From: a virus
Strand: one strand, 5' to 3'
DNA: 64,000 nt
Virus record (IMG/VR): IMGVR_UViG_3300007169_000025
Coordinates: 32,001-96,000 of that record
The notes under the pieces were generated by a model, which was given only the letters and a program-made list of their open reading frames with translations, made no database searches and was not told where the DNA came from. Both the position numbers and the translations under genes were made by a program. This document shows positions 11,201 through 19,219 of this stretch, one piece after another. Every line of letters starts with the position of its first letter. Within the stretch, counting starts at the first letter, position 1.

Positions 11201-11406
11201 AAGGCACAGCGGCAGCTATTGCGCTACAAGGTCGCGTACCTTGTAAGGTAGTAGGTCCAGTTGCTAAGGGTGACATGATGGTATCCGCAGGCAACGGTCG
11301 TGCTCGCGCAGAAGCAAACCCAGTAATGGGCTCTGTAATTGGTAAGTCACTAGAAAACTTTGATGGCGGCGAAGGCGTTATCGAAGTAGCAGTTGGTAGA
11401 CTATAA
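8266..11406 (+). CDS. Tail fibre protein (1046 aa) with Mtd_N-type N-terminus and YADLAE C-terminal domain
   Basis: N-terminal IQRRGGTTAEHANFTGLAREITIDTDKNTVVVHDG..GGHPL; repeats shared with the 970 gene; GATAAATA promoter at 8231-8238. Confidence 0.8.
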   Translation: MATAIQRRGGTTAEHANFTGLAREITIDTDKNTVVVHDGTTAGGHPLATAADLANISGTVGNIVADITSVIAGNGLSGGANSGDANLNVGAGDGITVNADNVAVNVAFVRNQFSASSPLSYDAVTGAFSITEVGDISAVTAGNGLTGGGSSGAVTLDIGSGYGITVSSDAVAVSNVDVRALFSAAGDLSYNASTGVFSFTNDAGDIESVTAGDGLSGGGASGAVTINVVAGPGIDVGADNVAVNTAFIKGMFSATDTGGDGSFSYSNGVFTYTGPSQAEANARMDAYLVGGGGLTYTSGTFAVGAGTGITVNADDVAVNASYIKSLFSATDSGGDGSFSYNDGVFTYTGPSQAEANSRIDARLSGGTGVSYTSGVIAIGQAVATTSNVTFNNINASGTVTIDGNLVVNGNTTTISATNLAIDDNLIYLNSNSTITNPDLGFVGNYNDGTYAHTGVFRDATDGRWKFFKGYVPEPGQTIDTSNNTFQYADVQANVFYGTFVGNITGNISTLGNFTTTDLAEGTNLYFTAARARGNISVTDSGGDGSLSYDNSTGVITYTGPSQAEANSRIDARLSGTNGVSYSSGVISLASSTAGSGLTFASGVLAVGAGTGITVNADDVALSASGVAAGTYGNATAVSQVVVDTYGRVTSASNIAITPAVGSITGLGTGVATFLATPSSANLAGAVTDETGSGALVFANSPSLTTPTLGVASATSINKVAFTAPATGATLTLADGSTLATNGAFALTLTTTGASNVTLPTSGTLATLAGTETLTNKTINGANNTLTVRIANDVSGLGTGVATALAVNTGTAGAFVVNGGALGTPSSGTLTNCTGLPLGSVTGLGTGVATFLATPSSANLASAVTDETGSGALVFGTSPTFTTQISVPVIVKTGTDGVGDIGQSANKFATVYATTFSGTSTTAKYADLAEKYSADADYEPGTVLHFGGEAEVTLCDSDMCRKVAGVVTTAPAHLMNSELEGTAAAIALQGRVPCKVVGPVAKGDMMVSAGNGRARAEANPVMGSVIGKSLENFDGGEGVIEVAVGRL
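10258..10888 (+). repeat. Intragenic direct repeat encoding GLGTGVATFLATPSSANLA.AVTDETGSGALVF (2 copies)
   Basis: Copies at about 10258-10357 and 10789-10888 share the identical core gcaacattcttagcaacaccttcaagtgctaacctagca. Confidence 0.85.
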
Positions 11407-11427
11407 TTTAATTTAAAATTAAACATT

Positions 11428-11454
11428 AAAAGGCTAGGTAACTAGCCTTTTTTT
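11428..11454 (+). terminator. Rho-independent terminator
   Basis: aaa-aggctag-gtaa-ctagcct-tttttt after the tail fibre gene. Confidence 0.85.
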
Positions 11455-11498
11455 GTGGCTTTTGTTTGTATAGTAATATAATGATTATTAGTCTTAAG

Positions 11499-11506
11499 TA
11501 TAAATA
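11499..11506 (+). promoter_or_regulatory. Canonical T4 late promoter TATAAATA upstream of the curli/cyclase operon
   Basis: Exact T4 gp55 consensus in the intergenic region after a terminator. Confidence 0.65.
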
Positions 11507-11574
11507 ATAGCGTAAGTACACATACAATTAACACACACCTTAAAAACAAATACTAACACAAAGGTGGTGTCCCC

Positions 11575-11856
11575 ATGGAACAGATTTTTCAGCTTATCGG
11601 TGAGGTAGGGTTCCCTATTGCCGGATCGTTGATTGCTGGCTATTTTATCTTTCTTAGCGTTAGTTACATTTTACAAGGTGTGACTAAACAGGTATTGGGT
11701 TTAAAAGGTATTATTACTGCATTAGATAATCGTGTCAAAACTATGAATAATGACATTATTCGCGTTGATATGACTATAAGCAATGTTATAGGACTTAAAC
11801 CTGATATTGACCGTATTGCGAGAGCAGACGGTAAGGTAGACGCAAGGAGAGATTAA
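11575..11856 (+). CDS. Small single-TM membrane protein (holin/YvrJ-like), paralog 1
   Basis: IGEVGFPIA hydrophobic N-terminus followed by the coiled coil LDNRVKTMNNDIIRVD. Confidence 0.55.
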   Translation: MEQIFQLIGEVGFPIAGSLIAGYFIFLSVSYILQGVTKQVLGLKGIITALDNRVKTMNNDIIRVDMTISNVIGLKPDIDRIARADGKVDARRD

Positions 11857-11857
11857 A

Positions 11858-12034
11858 ATGTTGTTTGTAGATTATGTGTTTTCATTAGTTGGCGATAATA
11901 TTTTAATGGATGCTGAGTTAACACCTCAGCACATTAAAGTAAAAGACGGCGACAAGTTTGAAGTAGTGATTAATAATAATCAAATTCTATTTAGAAAGAT
12001 AATCCAAGAGGTATCTTTAAATGGACGCGATTAA
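11858..12034 (+). CDS. Small hypothetical protein (58 aa, not in ORF track)
   Basis: MLFVDYVFSLVGDNILMDAELTPQHIKVKDGDKFEVV...; AAGGAG Shine-Dalgarno upstream; fills the gap between the two membrane paralogs. Confidence 0.65.
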   Translation: MLFVDYVFSLVGDNILMDAELTPQHIKVKDGDKFEVVINNNQILFRKIIQEVSLNGRD

Positions 12035-12326
12035 TTTAACACAGCTATCGGAAGTTATAAGCAAATATGGTTTCCCTATAGTATCTAGTGTACTTTTGTT
12101 ATATCTGGTATACTATATTTGGAAATACATTACAGAAAATATCACACCCACATTAATAGAAAGCAATGTGACTTTAGTTGCACTTATTGATAGAATTCGT
12201 ATGCTGGATAACGATATTATTCGTTTACAGCAAAAACTTGATACTGTTATTGTGTTGAGAGATATTGAAGAAATAAGGGAATCAGCACATGGGAAGCCGA
12301 CTAACAAAACTGAGAAAAATATTTGA
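12021..12326 (+). CDS. Small single-TM membrane protein (holin/YvrJ-like), paralog 2
   Basis: ISKYGFPIV TM segment plus LIDRIRMLDNDIIRL; clearly similar to the 11575 protein. Confidence 0.55.
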   Translation: MDAINLTQLSEVISKYGFPIVSSVLLLYLVYYIWKYITENITPTLIESNVTLVALIDRIRMLDNDIIRLQQKLDTVIVLRDIEEIRESAHGKPTNKTEKNI

Positions 12327-12369
12327 TTTTTCAAAGCTGAAAAAAATATTTAATCTGGGGAACAGACAC

Positions 12370-12510
12370 ATGAACATGAAATTAAAGATGGAAGTCTTAA
12401 AAGTATTTTTACTAGAGTTTGAATTATCTAGTGAAAAGAAACACAATGAGGAAGAAAAAAATGAGAGTAAAGAAGATCCTGCTCCTAAGCATCCTGGCGG
12501 CATTCAGTAG
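12370..12510 (+). CDS. Small hypothetical protein (start uncertain; ORF track gives 12289)
   Basis: MNMKLKMEVLKVFLLEFELSS... fills the gap before csgF and overlaps its start. Confidence 0.4.
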   Translation: MNMKLKMEVLKVFLLEFELSSEKKHNEEEKNESKEDPAPKHPGGIQ

Positions 12511-12928
12511 TGCGGCTTCGGCTTCCGAAATAGTTCATCAATTTAACAGCCCTGCTTTTAGTGGTATTGGATTCACACAACATGTGTTGAGCATCTATAA
12601 TCAAGAACAGGCAGCAAAACAAAAAATTAAAGATGAAAAAGCTCAAGCAGAGGCAAAAGCAGAATTAAAATTAATGCAAGATCCAATCTATCGTTTCAAG
12701 CAAGCTCTTGAAAGTAGAATGTATCAAGAACTTGCAAAACAGATTACTGATAATTTGTTTGGCGAAGGTGGAGTAACCGAAGGGTTAATTAACTTCCCAA
12801 CAGGCGGCAGTGTTGCATATAAAAAATTAGGCAATGAAATTGAACTTACAATTACAGATGCAAATGGTACTGTTACAGTTATTAAAGTTCCTGTAGCAAC
12901 AGTAATTAATGCATCAGGTGGTGGCTAA
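12461..12928 (+). CDS. csgF: Curli assembly component CsgF-like
   Basis: A signal peptide ending ASA is followed by SEIVHQFNSPAFSG (cf. CsgF mature N-terminus GTMTFQFRNPNFGG), then F..ALESR..QELAKQI and a C-terminal ITDANG.VTVIKVP. Confidence 0.85.
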   Translation: MRVKKILLLSILAAFSSAASASEIVHQFNSPAFSGIGFTQHVLSIYNQEQAAKQKIKDEKAQAEAKAELKLMQDPIYRFKQALESRMYQELAKQITDNLFGEGGVTEGLINFPTGGSVAYKKLGNEIELTITDANGTVTVIKVPVATVINASGGG

Positions 12929-12929
12929 T

Positions 12930-13847
12930 ATGAAAAAAATATCAATAGCATTACTAGCAAGTGTAAGTCTTGTATTGAGTGGATGTGCAAGTTATTCACA
13001 AATGGATAAGTTGTTTACTAAAACGCAATTTCAAGATGCAAAAATTGAACCCACAACGCTAGACCGTCCAGAGTTTGTGTTACCAAAGCCAGCTAACGGT
13101 CCTGTTGTGGTTGCAGTTTACAATTTCCTAGATAGGACCGGTCAGCGTAAGCCAAGTCCAATGGTTGCACAGTTAAGCAGCGCAGTTACACAAGGAGCTG
13201 AAACGTACTTAATGAAAGCACTTCAAGATGTGGGCGGCGGAGGCTGGTTTAAGGTTGTTGAACGTGTGGGCTTAGACAACTTAATGAAGGAACGTCAGAT
13301 GATTCGTCAGATGAGAGAAATCTATGACGGGCAAAATGCAAAACCATTACCACCAATGTTGTTTGCAGGTATCTTAGTAGAAGGTGGTATCGTAGGTTAT
13401 GATAGTAATATCATAACAGGCGGTAGCGGTATGCGTATACTAGGCATCGGACCACAAACACAGTATCAAGCAGACATGATTACAGTTAGTCTAAGAGTAG
13501 TAAGTGTTACAACTGGCGAAGTTTTAGTTAGTATCACAACTACAAAGACTGTATACAGTTACATGGATAAGTTAGGTGTACTACGATTTGTAGAAGCCGG
13601 TACTAAATCTATTGAAGCTGAAGTAGGTATGGGTGTAAATGAAAGCGCAAACAGAGCAACTAATATGGCTATTCAAGCCGCAGTAGTTGAAATGATTCGC
13701 GAAGGGCAGAGAAAAGGCTTCTGGGAGTATGATCCAAAATCTGTAGAGGAAATTGAACAAGCTCAAGCAGCTAAAAAGAAAGAAAAGAAAGTTGAGAAAA
13801 ATCTCAAAGTAGATAATGTTTTTGAAAAAGGAGAGCTAAATGACTAA
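12930..13847 (+). CDS. csgG: Curli secretion outer-membrane channel lipoprotein CsgG
   Basis: Lipobox LSGC; VAVYNFLDRTGQRKP, SSAVTQGA, WFKVVERVGLDNLMKERQMIR, EGGIVGYDSN and VSLRVVSVTTGEVL motifs. Confidence 0.93.
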   Translation: MKKISIALLASVSLVLSGCASYSQMDKLFTKTQFQDAKIEPTTLDRPEFVLPKPANGPVVVAVYNFLDRTGQRKPSPMVAQLSSAVTQGAETYLMKALQDVGGGGWFKVVERVGLDNLMKERQMIRQMREIYDGQNAKPLPPMLFAGILVEGGIVGYDSNIITGGSGMRILGIGPQTQYQADMITVSLRVVSVTTGEVLVSITTTKTVYSYMDKLGVLRFVEAGTKSIEAEVGMGVNESANRATNMAIQAAVVEMIREGQRKGFWEYDPKSVEEIEQAQAAKKKEKKVEKNLKVDNVFEKGELND

Positions 13848-14532
13848 GACATTTATGGGCTTAATGTTAAGCCTCGCGATGGCGTTGGGCTCTACTGGTG
13901 CATATGCTCAAGCAACTAGCACAACCAATAAAGTTTTTATTGATCAAGTTGGTAGTAGCAACACAGTTACATTAACACAAACTGGTAGCGGCAATAACAT
14001 TGGTGTAAGCGCCAGTGATTATGCAACTATCACCGGCAATAGCAATTCAGTAACAATGACCCAAACTGGCGATAACAATAAAGCCAATTATAAAATAACA
14101 GGTAATGGTAATACATATACTAGTGTAGTAACTGGTAATAGTAACGATATACTTGTAACTTGCGGTACTAGCAACGGTGCATGTACTGGTGTTACAATTG
14201 ATCAAAACATTCAAGGTAATACAAACAAACTAGTAGAAACAATCTCAGGTAGTGCTATTAGCAGCAAGACCAAGATTGTTGGTGGTTTAAACGACCTAGC
14301 ATACACATTAAGCAGCAGCAACGGTAAGTTAGATGTTGATATTGCTGGCGACAGCAACGTTATGCGTCATACACAAACTGGCGCCGCAGGTGTTAGCGGC
14401 CATGACCTAAAAGTAGTATTAACTGGTTCATTAAACCAAGTAACAACTACACAGGCAGGTACTATTGATACCACTGTGAACATTAAAATTAATGGTGGTA
14501 GTAACATCATCAATGTTACAACCAATAACTAA
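13840..14532 (+). CDS. Secreted curlin-repeat protein (CsgA/CsgB-like)
   Basis: Signal peptide (AYA) followed by N/Q/G/T-rich N-x5-Q-x-G repeats (NKVFIDQVGSSNTVTLTQTGSGNN). Confidence 0.75.
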   Translation: MTKTFMGLMLSLAMALGSTGAYAQATSTTNKVFIDQVGSSNTVTLTQTGSGNNIGVSASDYATITGNSNSVTMTQTGDNNKANYKITGNGNTYTSVVTGNSNDILVTCGTSNGACTGVTIDQNIQGNTNKLVETISGSAISSKTKIVGGLNDLAYTLSSSNGKLDVDIAGDSNVMRHTQTGAAGVSGHDLKVVLTGSLNQVTTTQAGTIDTTVNIKINGGSNIINVTTNN

Positions 14533-15608
14533 TGTTTCGTTGGTTTAACACACTAGTTTTTGCGTGTTTGATTAGTTCAGTGCCAGCTTGGGCTGAGATT
14601 GGTAAAATCTCAACTCAGGTTGGCCCTGACTCTTCTATTCAACGAGGCAAACAAATTATTGCTGGTAAACCTAATACAGGTATTGTGTCTAATGATACTG
14701 TTAGTACTCGTAAGGGTACAACACTAAACATTAATTTTAAAGATAATACAAAAGTAAAAATTACCGAAAACAGTCGTTTAGTAATAGACGACTTTGTTTA
14801 CGATCCAAAGAAAAGTGACGCTGGTAGATTAGCAATGAAGGTATCAATGGGTACTGTTCGTTATGCCAGCGGTCAGATTGCAAAAGTAAATCCTCAGCGT
14901 ATTAATATTAAAACGCCTAGTGCTGCAATTGCAGTTAGAGGTACAGATTTTCACATGACCGTCGACGAAGCAGGCAGAAGTCTAGTAGTACTAGTGCCTA
15001 GCTGCCGTGACGAGAATGAAGTTATTCGCAGCGATGAAGAAAAATTAATTAATTGCCAAACCGGTAAAATTATAGTAGAAAATGCAGCAGGATCTGTAGA
15101 ATTAACAGAACCATTCAGCGCCACATATGTGTCAAACTTTGATGCATCTCCGAGCGCAGCTATTATTTTAAAGCTAACAACAGTTGACCCTAGAATTAGT
15201 TTTGACAGTCAAGTTACTAATGATTTAATTATTAGTCCTCCTGAGGCAGTTCAGGAGCAAATGGCTAAAACTACAAAAGAAAATAATTTTGAGGAAGATG
15301 AAGAAGAAACGGTAACTAGAACCGCTAATGCAGACGCAGCTAAAAGCAAAAAAGAAGATTCTAAGGTAGTTGCTGTGACCACGTCTACTAGTACAAGCAA
15401 AACTTGTTCTGAGAAGATTATTTGCGTAGAAGTAAATCCATATGTAACTTTTTATAGAACTACTGATAGCGACCATTATGCTGAAGTAAGAGCAAGATTA
15501 AATTCTAATTTAACCTTAACTATAATTCATAACGGTGATGAGGGTAAGTTGGGTTGGGGACCTGCGCCTAACTCTGGTAATCAAGTAATTATTAGGCAGA
15601 GCAAATGA
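14532..15608 (+). CDS. Secreted FecR-domain protein
   Basis: Signal peptide (AWA); NDTVST..INFKDNTKVKITENSRLVID and IKTPSAAIAVRGTDF are FecR-domain hallmarks. Confidence 0.85.
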   Translation: MFRWFNTLVFACLISSVPAWAEIGKISTQVGPDSSIQRGKQIIAGKPNTGIVSNDTVSTRKGTTLNINFKDNTKVKITENSRLVIDDFVYDPKKSDAGRLAMKVSMGTVRYASGQIAKVNPQRINIKTPSAAIAVRGTDFHMTVDEAGRSLVVLVPSCRDENEVIRSDEEKLINCQTGKIIVENAAGSVELTEPFSATYVSNFDASPSAAIILKLTTVDPRISFDSQVTNDLIISPPEAVQEQMAKTTKENNFEEDEEETVTRTANADAAKSKKEDSKVVAVTTSTSTSKTCSEKIICVEVNPYVTFYRTTDSDHYAEVRARLNSNLTLTIIHNGDEGKLGWGPAPNSGNQVIIRQSK

Positions 15609-16999
15609 GAAAGATTTTAGCAGCACTATTGTTTTTCATAAGTGTGCCAGTAGCAGCACAAGAAGCTAACTTTGGTTTTGAAAATGGCAACTACACTAAC
15701 TGGACTGTTAGTAATGGCAGCACCACAGTAAAGACTGGTGGTTGGAGCAGTAACGGCTCAGGCGCACAAGTAACAACAGGTATGAGTAACTACTGCCCGG
15801 GCGGCGGCAAATGTTGGACAGTTACCCCTTATGGCACATACATGATGTCTATCCAAGCTGGTGGTGGTTCTCCAACGTTTGATAGCTCAATGTCAACTCT
15901 TGGATTTACCAGTGCCGAAACAACATCAATTAAAAATACCATTTACCAGAATGGTAACATGTACCCAACAAACGCTTCTTATGCTAGACGCAGTGTAGTA
16001 CTAGAAGCTGGCAAAACATATACCTATGCGTGGAACTACGTGAGTACAGACTATACTCCGTACAATGATGGGTCGATGGTGGTAGTTACTGGTCCTGCTG
16101 GTCCTGTTACAGTTAATGGTCAACAAAAATACGCACTACTAGGTTTTACTAATCCAGGAACCGGTAACTATTCAACTGGCAGCTATGGCTCAACAGGTTG
16201 GCAACAGATTGTTATTACAGTAAGTGTAACAGGCACTTACGACTTAGCATTTATATCTTTTAACTTAGGTGATACAGCACTAAGTCCAATTCTATTCATT
16301 GACGAAATTATAGGTGCTACCTTACTAAATGGCCAAACCTTTACATCAGTTCAACCAAACTCGGGAAGTACTGCCCCTCCACCACCTAGTGAACCAACCG
16401 TGCCAGAATATTGCTGCGGCGGCAGTGGTAGTTCGTTTAATGCCAGTACTGTTAATACAAATAAAGTTAACACATTCTCAAGTAGAACAGTAAAAGATTC
16501 TAAAGTTATTATTGAACAGATTGGTTCTAGTAATAGTATTACTATAACACAAAGTGGTACAAGAGAAAACTATTTCAAGTATTACAGCAGCGGCAATAAC
16601 AATACTACAACTGCTACACAAAGTGGCACAAATAATTCTGTAACTAATTACATGGACTTAACAGTTAACGGTAGCAGTAATAGTTTAACACTAAGTCAAA
16701 CTGGCACAGGCGGCGCAAAAGGAATCTTTGCTAGTGTGTCAAATAATAATAATACGCTAAATATCCTGCAAAAAGATGGTGGTAATCATTATCTGGATCT
16801 AGCATTAACCGGTGGTAGCAAATCTGTTACTGTCGTTCAAGAAGGAAGTGCAGGCCATATGGCTAAGATTGACTTGTCAGGCAACCCAACAAGTCTTAGC
16901 CTAACACAAGTTGGCGCTACACAAAACTTCTATTCAATAACTCACAGTTGTGCTACAGCAGGCGGCTGCGGCACAATTACAGTAACACAAGGACAATAA
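15605..16999 (+). CDS. Secreted protein: N-terminal beta-sandwich (carbohydrate-binding-like), Pro linker, C-terminal curlin repeats
   Basis: Signal peptide; NFGFENGNYTNW start; PPPPSEP linker; IEQIGSSNSITITQSG-type repeats; Cys pair near the end. Confidence 0.7.
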   Translation: MRKILAALLFFISVPVAAQEANFGFENGNYTNWTVSNGSTTVKTGGWSSNGSGAQVTTGMSNYCPGGGKCWTVTPYGTYMMSIQAGGGSPTFDSSMSTLGFTSAETTSIKNTIYQNGNMYPTNASYARRSVVLEAGKTYTYAWNYVSTDYTPYNDGSMVVVTGPAGPVTVNGQQKYALLGFTNPGTGNYSTGSYGSTGWQQIVITVSVTGTYDLAFISFNLGDTALSPILFIDEIIGATLLNGQTFTSVQPNSGSTAPPPPSEPTVPEYCCGGSGSSFNASTVNTNKVNTFSSRTVKDSKVIIEQIGSSNSITITQSGTRENYFKYYSSGNNNTTTATQSGTNNSVTNYMDLTVNGSSNSLTLSQTGTGGAKGIFASVSNNNNTLNILQKDGGNHYLDLALTGGSKSVTVVQEGSAGHMAKIDLSGNPTSLSLTQVGATQNFYSITHSCATAGGCGTITVTQGQ

Positions 17000-17000
17000 C

Positions 17001-19034
17001 ATGTTGAAGAAAATTTTACTAAGTCCATGGACTGCACTACTCACACTATTTTTAATTGTTGGACTAAGAGCAGTAGATCCTAGTTTTGTTGAAAGTGTAC
17101 GTCTTAGATATTTTGACACACTTATTACCAGCAAAGCGCCTACTCCTAATAACATCTATACAGTTAACATAGATGAAGCTGCACTAGACAAGTATGGTCA
17201 GTGGCCCTTTCCACGTGATCAGTATGCAGGCATTGTAAAAGACCTTTATGATAGGGGTGCAGGCTTAGTAGTATTCAATGTGTTAATGGCAGAGCCCGAT
17301 CGCTTCAAAGGCGACAAGGCCATGGAAGCAGCAATGCTACAGTATCCAGTTATACTACCAAATGTGCCATCGGACAAGTCAAAAAATAATCCTCGCGAAA
17401 CTGGTGCCGCAATTATGGGACCAGAGTATTTAGACACTGTGATTCAATATCCAGGTATCATTGCTAACTTGCCCAACTATGAAGGACTAGCAATTGGCAC
17501 AGGCACAGTTAATACACTACCAGAGATTGATGGCGTTAATCGCCGCGTACCATTAGTAGCCAGTGTAGACGGAACATTATATCCTGCACTAAGTTTAGAA
17601 GTACTTCGTGTTGTTGCAGGCGATCCTAGTTTTCAAATTAAGTTAAATGAACTAGGCGTAGAAAAAATGCGTATCCCTCAGTTTGGCCCAGTTACCACAG
17701 ACAGTTTAGGCCGTGTGTGGATTGATTGGAGCCAAAAGTCAAAGAGTGTAAGTTTAGCAGAACTTCCAAAAAGTTTTAACGGTGCTGTGGTATTTGTAAG
17801 TCCAACCGCAGCAGGTATTAGTAATCCGGTTCCTACAGCACTAGGACCAGTACACCCACATGAACTACAAGCAGCAGTAGTAGGCACTATGTTCAATGGT
17901 GTAAACATTCAGCGTGCTGATTGGTCTGATCTTGCAGAAGTAGGAGCATTGCTAGTGTTAGGCCTAATTATTATTTTACTATCAAGGTGGATATATGTTG
18001 GTCTTTTCACAACTGTTGTTGGGATCGCTGCCAGTGTTGGTGGCTCTTATTGGTTGTTTATTAACTACAACATGCTCACAGACGCAACGGCAACTGCTAT
18101 TGGTCTTGTTCTTGTTGCCTTGCACGTTTATGGCGTTAAGTTTGTAAGTGAGTTCTTACAGAAGCAACAGATTAAGAAACAGTTTGGCACATACCTAAGC
18201 CCAGACCTAGTAGCACAGCTACAGCGTCAGCCAGAGTTACTAAAGCTAGGTGGCACTGAGCAAGAACTAAGTATCATGTTCACAGACGTCCGTGGTTTCA
18301 CTACAATCTCAGAACACTATGGCAAAGATGTTCAGGGCTTGACAAGCATCATGAACCGTTATATGACTGCTATGACTAAAGCTATCCTAGAGAACAAGGG
18401 TACGCTAGACAAATATATCGGTGACGCACAGATGGCTTTCTGGAACGCACCAGTGAACAACTCACAACATGCTAAGGATGCTGTTCGTACAGCATTCCAA
18501 ATGTTAAAATCTCTAAAGGAATTTAATGATGAAATTAAAGCAGAAGGCGTACCAGCTTTTGGAATGGGCCTCGGTATTAATACTGATACTGTGGTTGTTG
18601 GTAATATGGGTAGCGATCAGCGTTTTGACTATACCTGTTTGGGCGACGGCGTTAACCTTGCTAGCCGCCTCGAAGGTCAAAGCAAACCTTACGGAGTTAA
18701 AATTATTATCGGACCCAAGACTGCTGACGCGGTTTTGGATACATACCAAGTAGTTGAGCTTGATTTAATTGCTGTTAAGGGTAAAACTGAACCAGCAAAG
18801 ATTTTTACAGTATTAGAAGAATTTAATAAACAAGACGAAAAAACACATAATCAATTCTTGCAAGAATACCGCGCAGGTAATTGGAATACAGCACAGAAAA
18901 TAGCTACAGACATGAGACACAGTTGGAAGGGCGAATTAGCACATTATTATGATGCTATGATTGATCGTATTTTAGAATACAAGAAAAGTCCTCCCAAGAA
19001 CTGGGACGGCATTTACAGAGCCACATCAAAATGA
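17001..19034 (+). CDS. CHASE2-domain class III adenylyl cyclase
   Basis: CHASE2 motifs (VNIDE..GQWPFPR, DGVNRRVPL), three TM helices, and cyclase motifs FTDVRGFT, DKYIGDA, VVGNMGS..RFDYT and GDGVNLASRLEG. Confidence 0.93.
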   Translation: MLKKILLSPWTALLTLFLIVGLRAVDPSFVESVRLRYFDTLITSKAPTPNNIYTVNIDEAALDKYGQWPFPRDQYAGIVKDLYDRGAGLVVFNVLMAEPDRFKGDKAMEAAMLQYPVILPNVPSDKSKNNPRETGAAIMGPEYLDTVIQYPGIIANLPNYEGLAIGTGTVNTLPEIDGVNRRVPLVASVDGTLYPALSLEVLRVVAGDPSFQIKLNELGVEKMRIPQFGPVTTDSLGRVWIDWSQKSKSVSLAELPKSFNGAVVFVSPTAAGISNPVPTALGPVHPHELQAAVVGTMFNGVNIQRADWSDLAEVGALLVLGLIIILLSRWIYVGLFTTVVGIAASVGGSYWLFINYNMLTDATATAIGLVLVALHVYGVKFVSEFLQKQQIKKQFGTYLSPDLVAQLQRQPELLKLGGTEQELSIMFTDVRGFTTISEHYGKDVQGLTSIMNRYMTAMTKAILENKGTLDKYIGDAQMAFWNAPVNNSQHAKDAVRTAFQMLKSLKEFNDEIKAEGVPAFGMGLGINTDTVVVGNMGSDQRFDYTCLGDGVNLASRLEGQSKPYGVKIIIGPKTADAVLDTYQVVELDLIAVKGKTEPAKIFTVLEEFNKQDEKTHNQFLQEYRAGNWNTAQKIATDMRHSWKGELAHYYDAMIDRILEYKKSPPKNWDGIYRATSK

Positions 19035-19219
19035 TCACACTGGAAACTAACAGTAGCGGAACTAGATTTGCTGTAGTAGCAAACGATAGATTATTGGTTT
19101 CAACAACTAATTATCTACATGCTTTAGAAGTTTACGAGCGGGCAAAAAACAATGATTTGTCTTTTGCAGAAACATTATTTGTTCCGTTTAATCCTCAGGA
19201 CGCCAAGATCTTAGTGTAA
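19031..19219 (+). CDS. Small hypothetical protein
   Basis: ATGA overlap with the cyclase stop codon; 62 aa. Confidence 0.4.
   Translation: MITLETNSSGTRFAVVANDRLLVSTTNYLHALEVYERAKNNDLSFAETLFVPFNPQDAKILV

Noticed and set aside
5029-11406. Diversity-generating retroelement (Mtd_N fibre plus lectin-fold gene)
   Set aside because: No reverse transcriptase or template/variable repeat pair was seen in the window; Mtd_N is a generic fibre attachment domain.
3093-11426. Antisense ORFs over the tail fibre genes (e.g. 3093-3416, 10197-10892)
   Set aside because: Shadow ORFs of Gly/Thr/Ala/Val-rich sense genes, with no Shine-Dalgarno or recognisable motifs.
12461-19034. Curli/cyclase block as bacterial contamination or a chimeric join
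   Set aside because: Composition and codon style resemble the flanking phage genes, it follows a phage late promoter, and no integrase or bacterial housekeeping genes are present. Read-level confirmation is still advisable.
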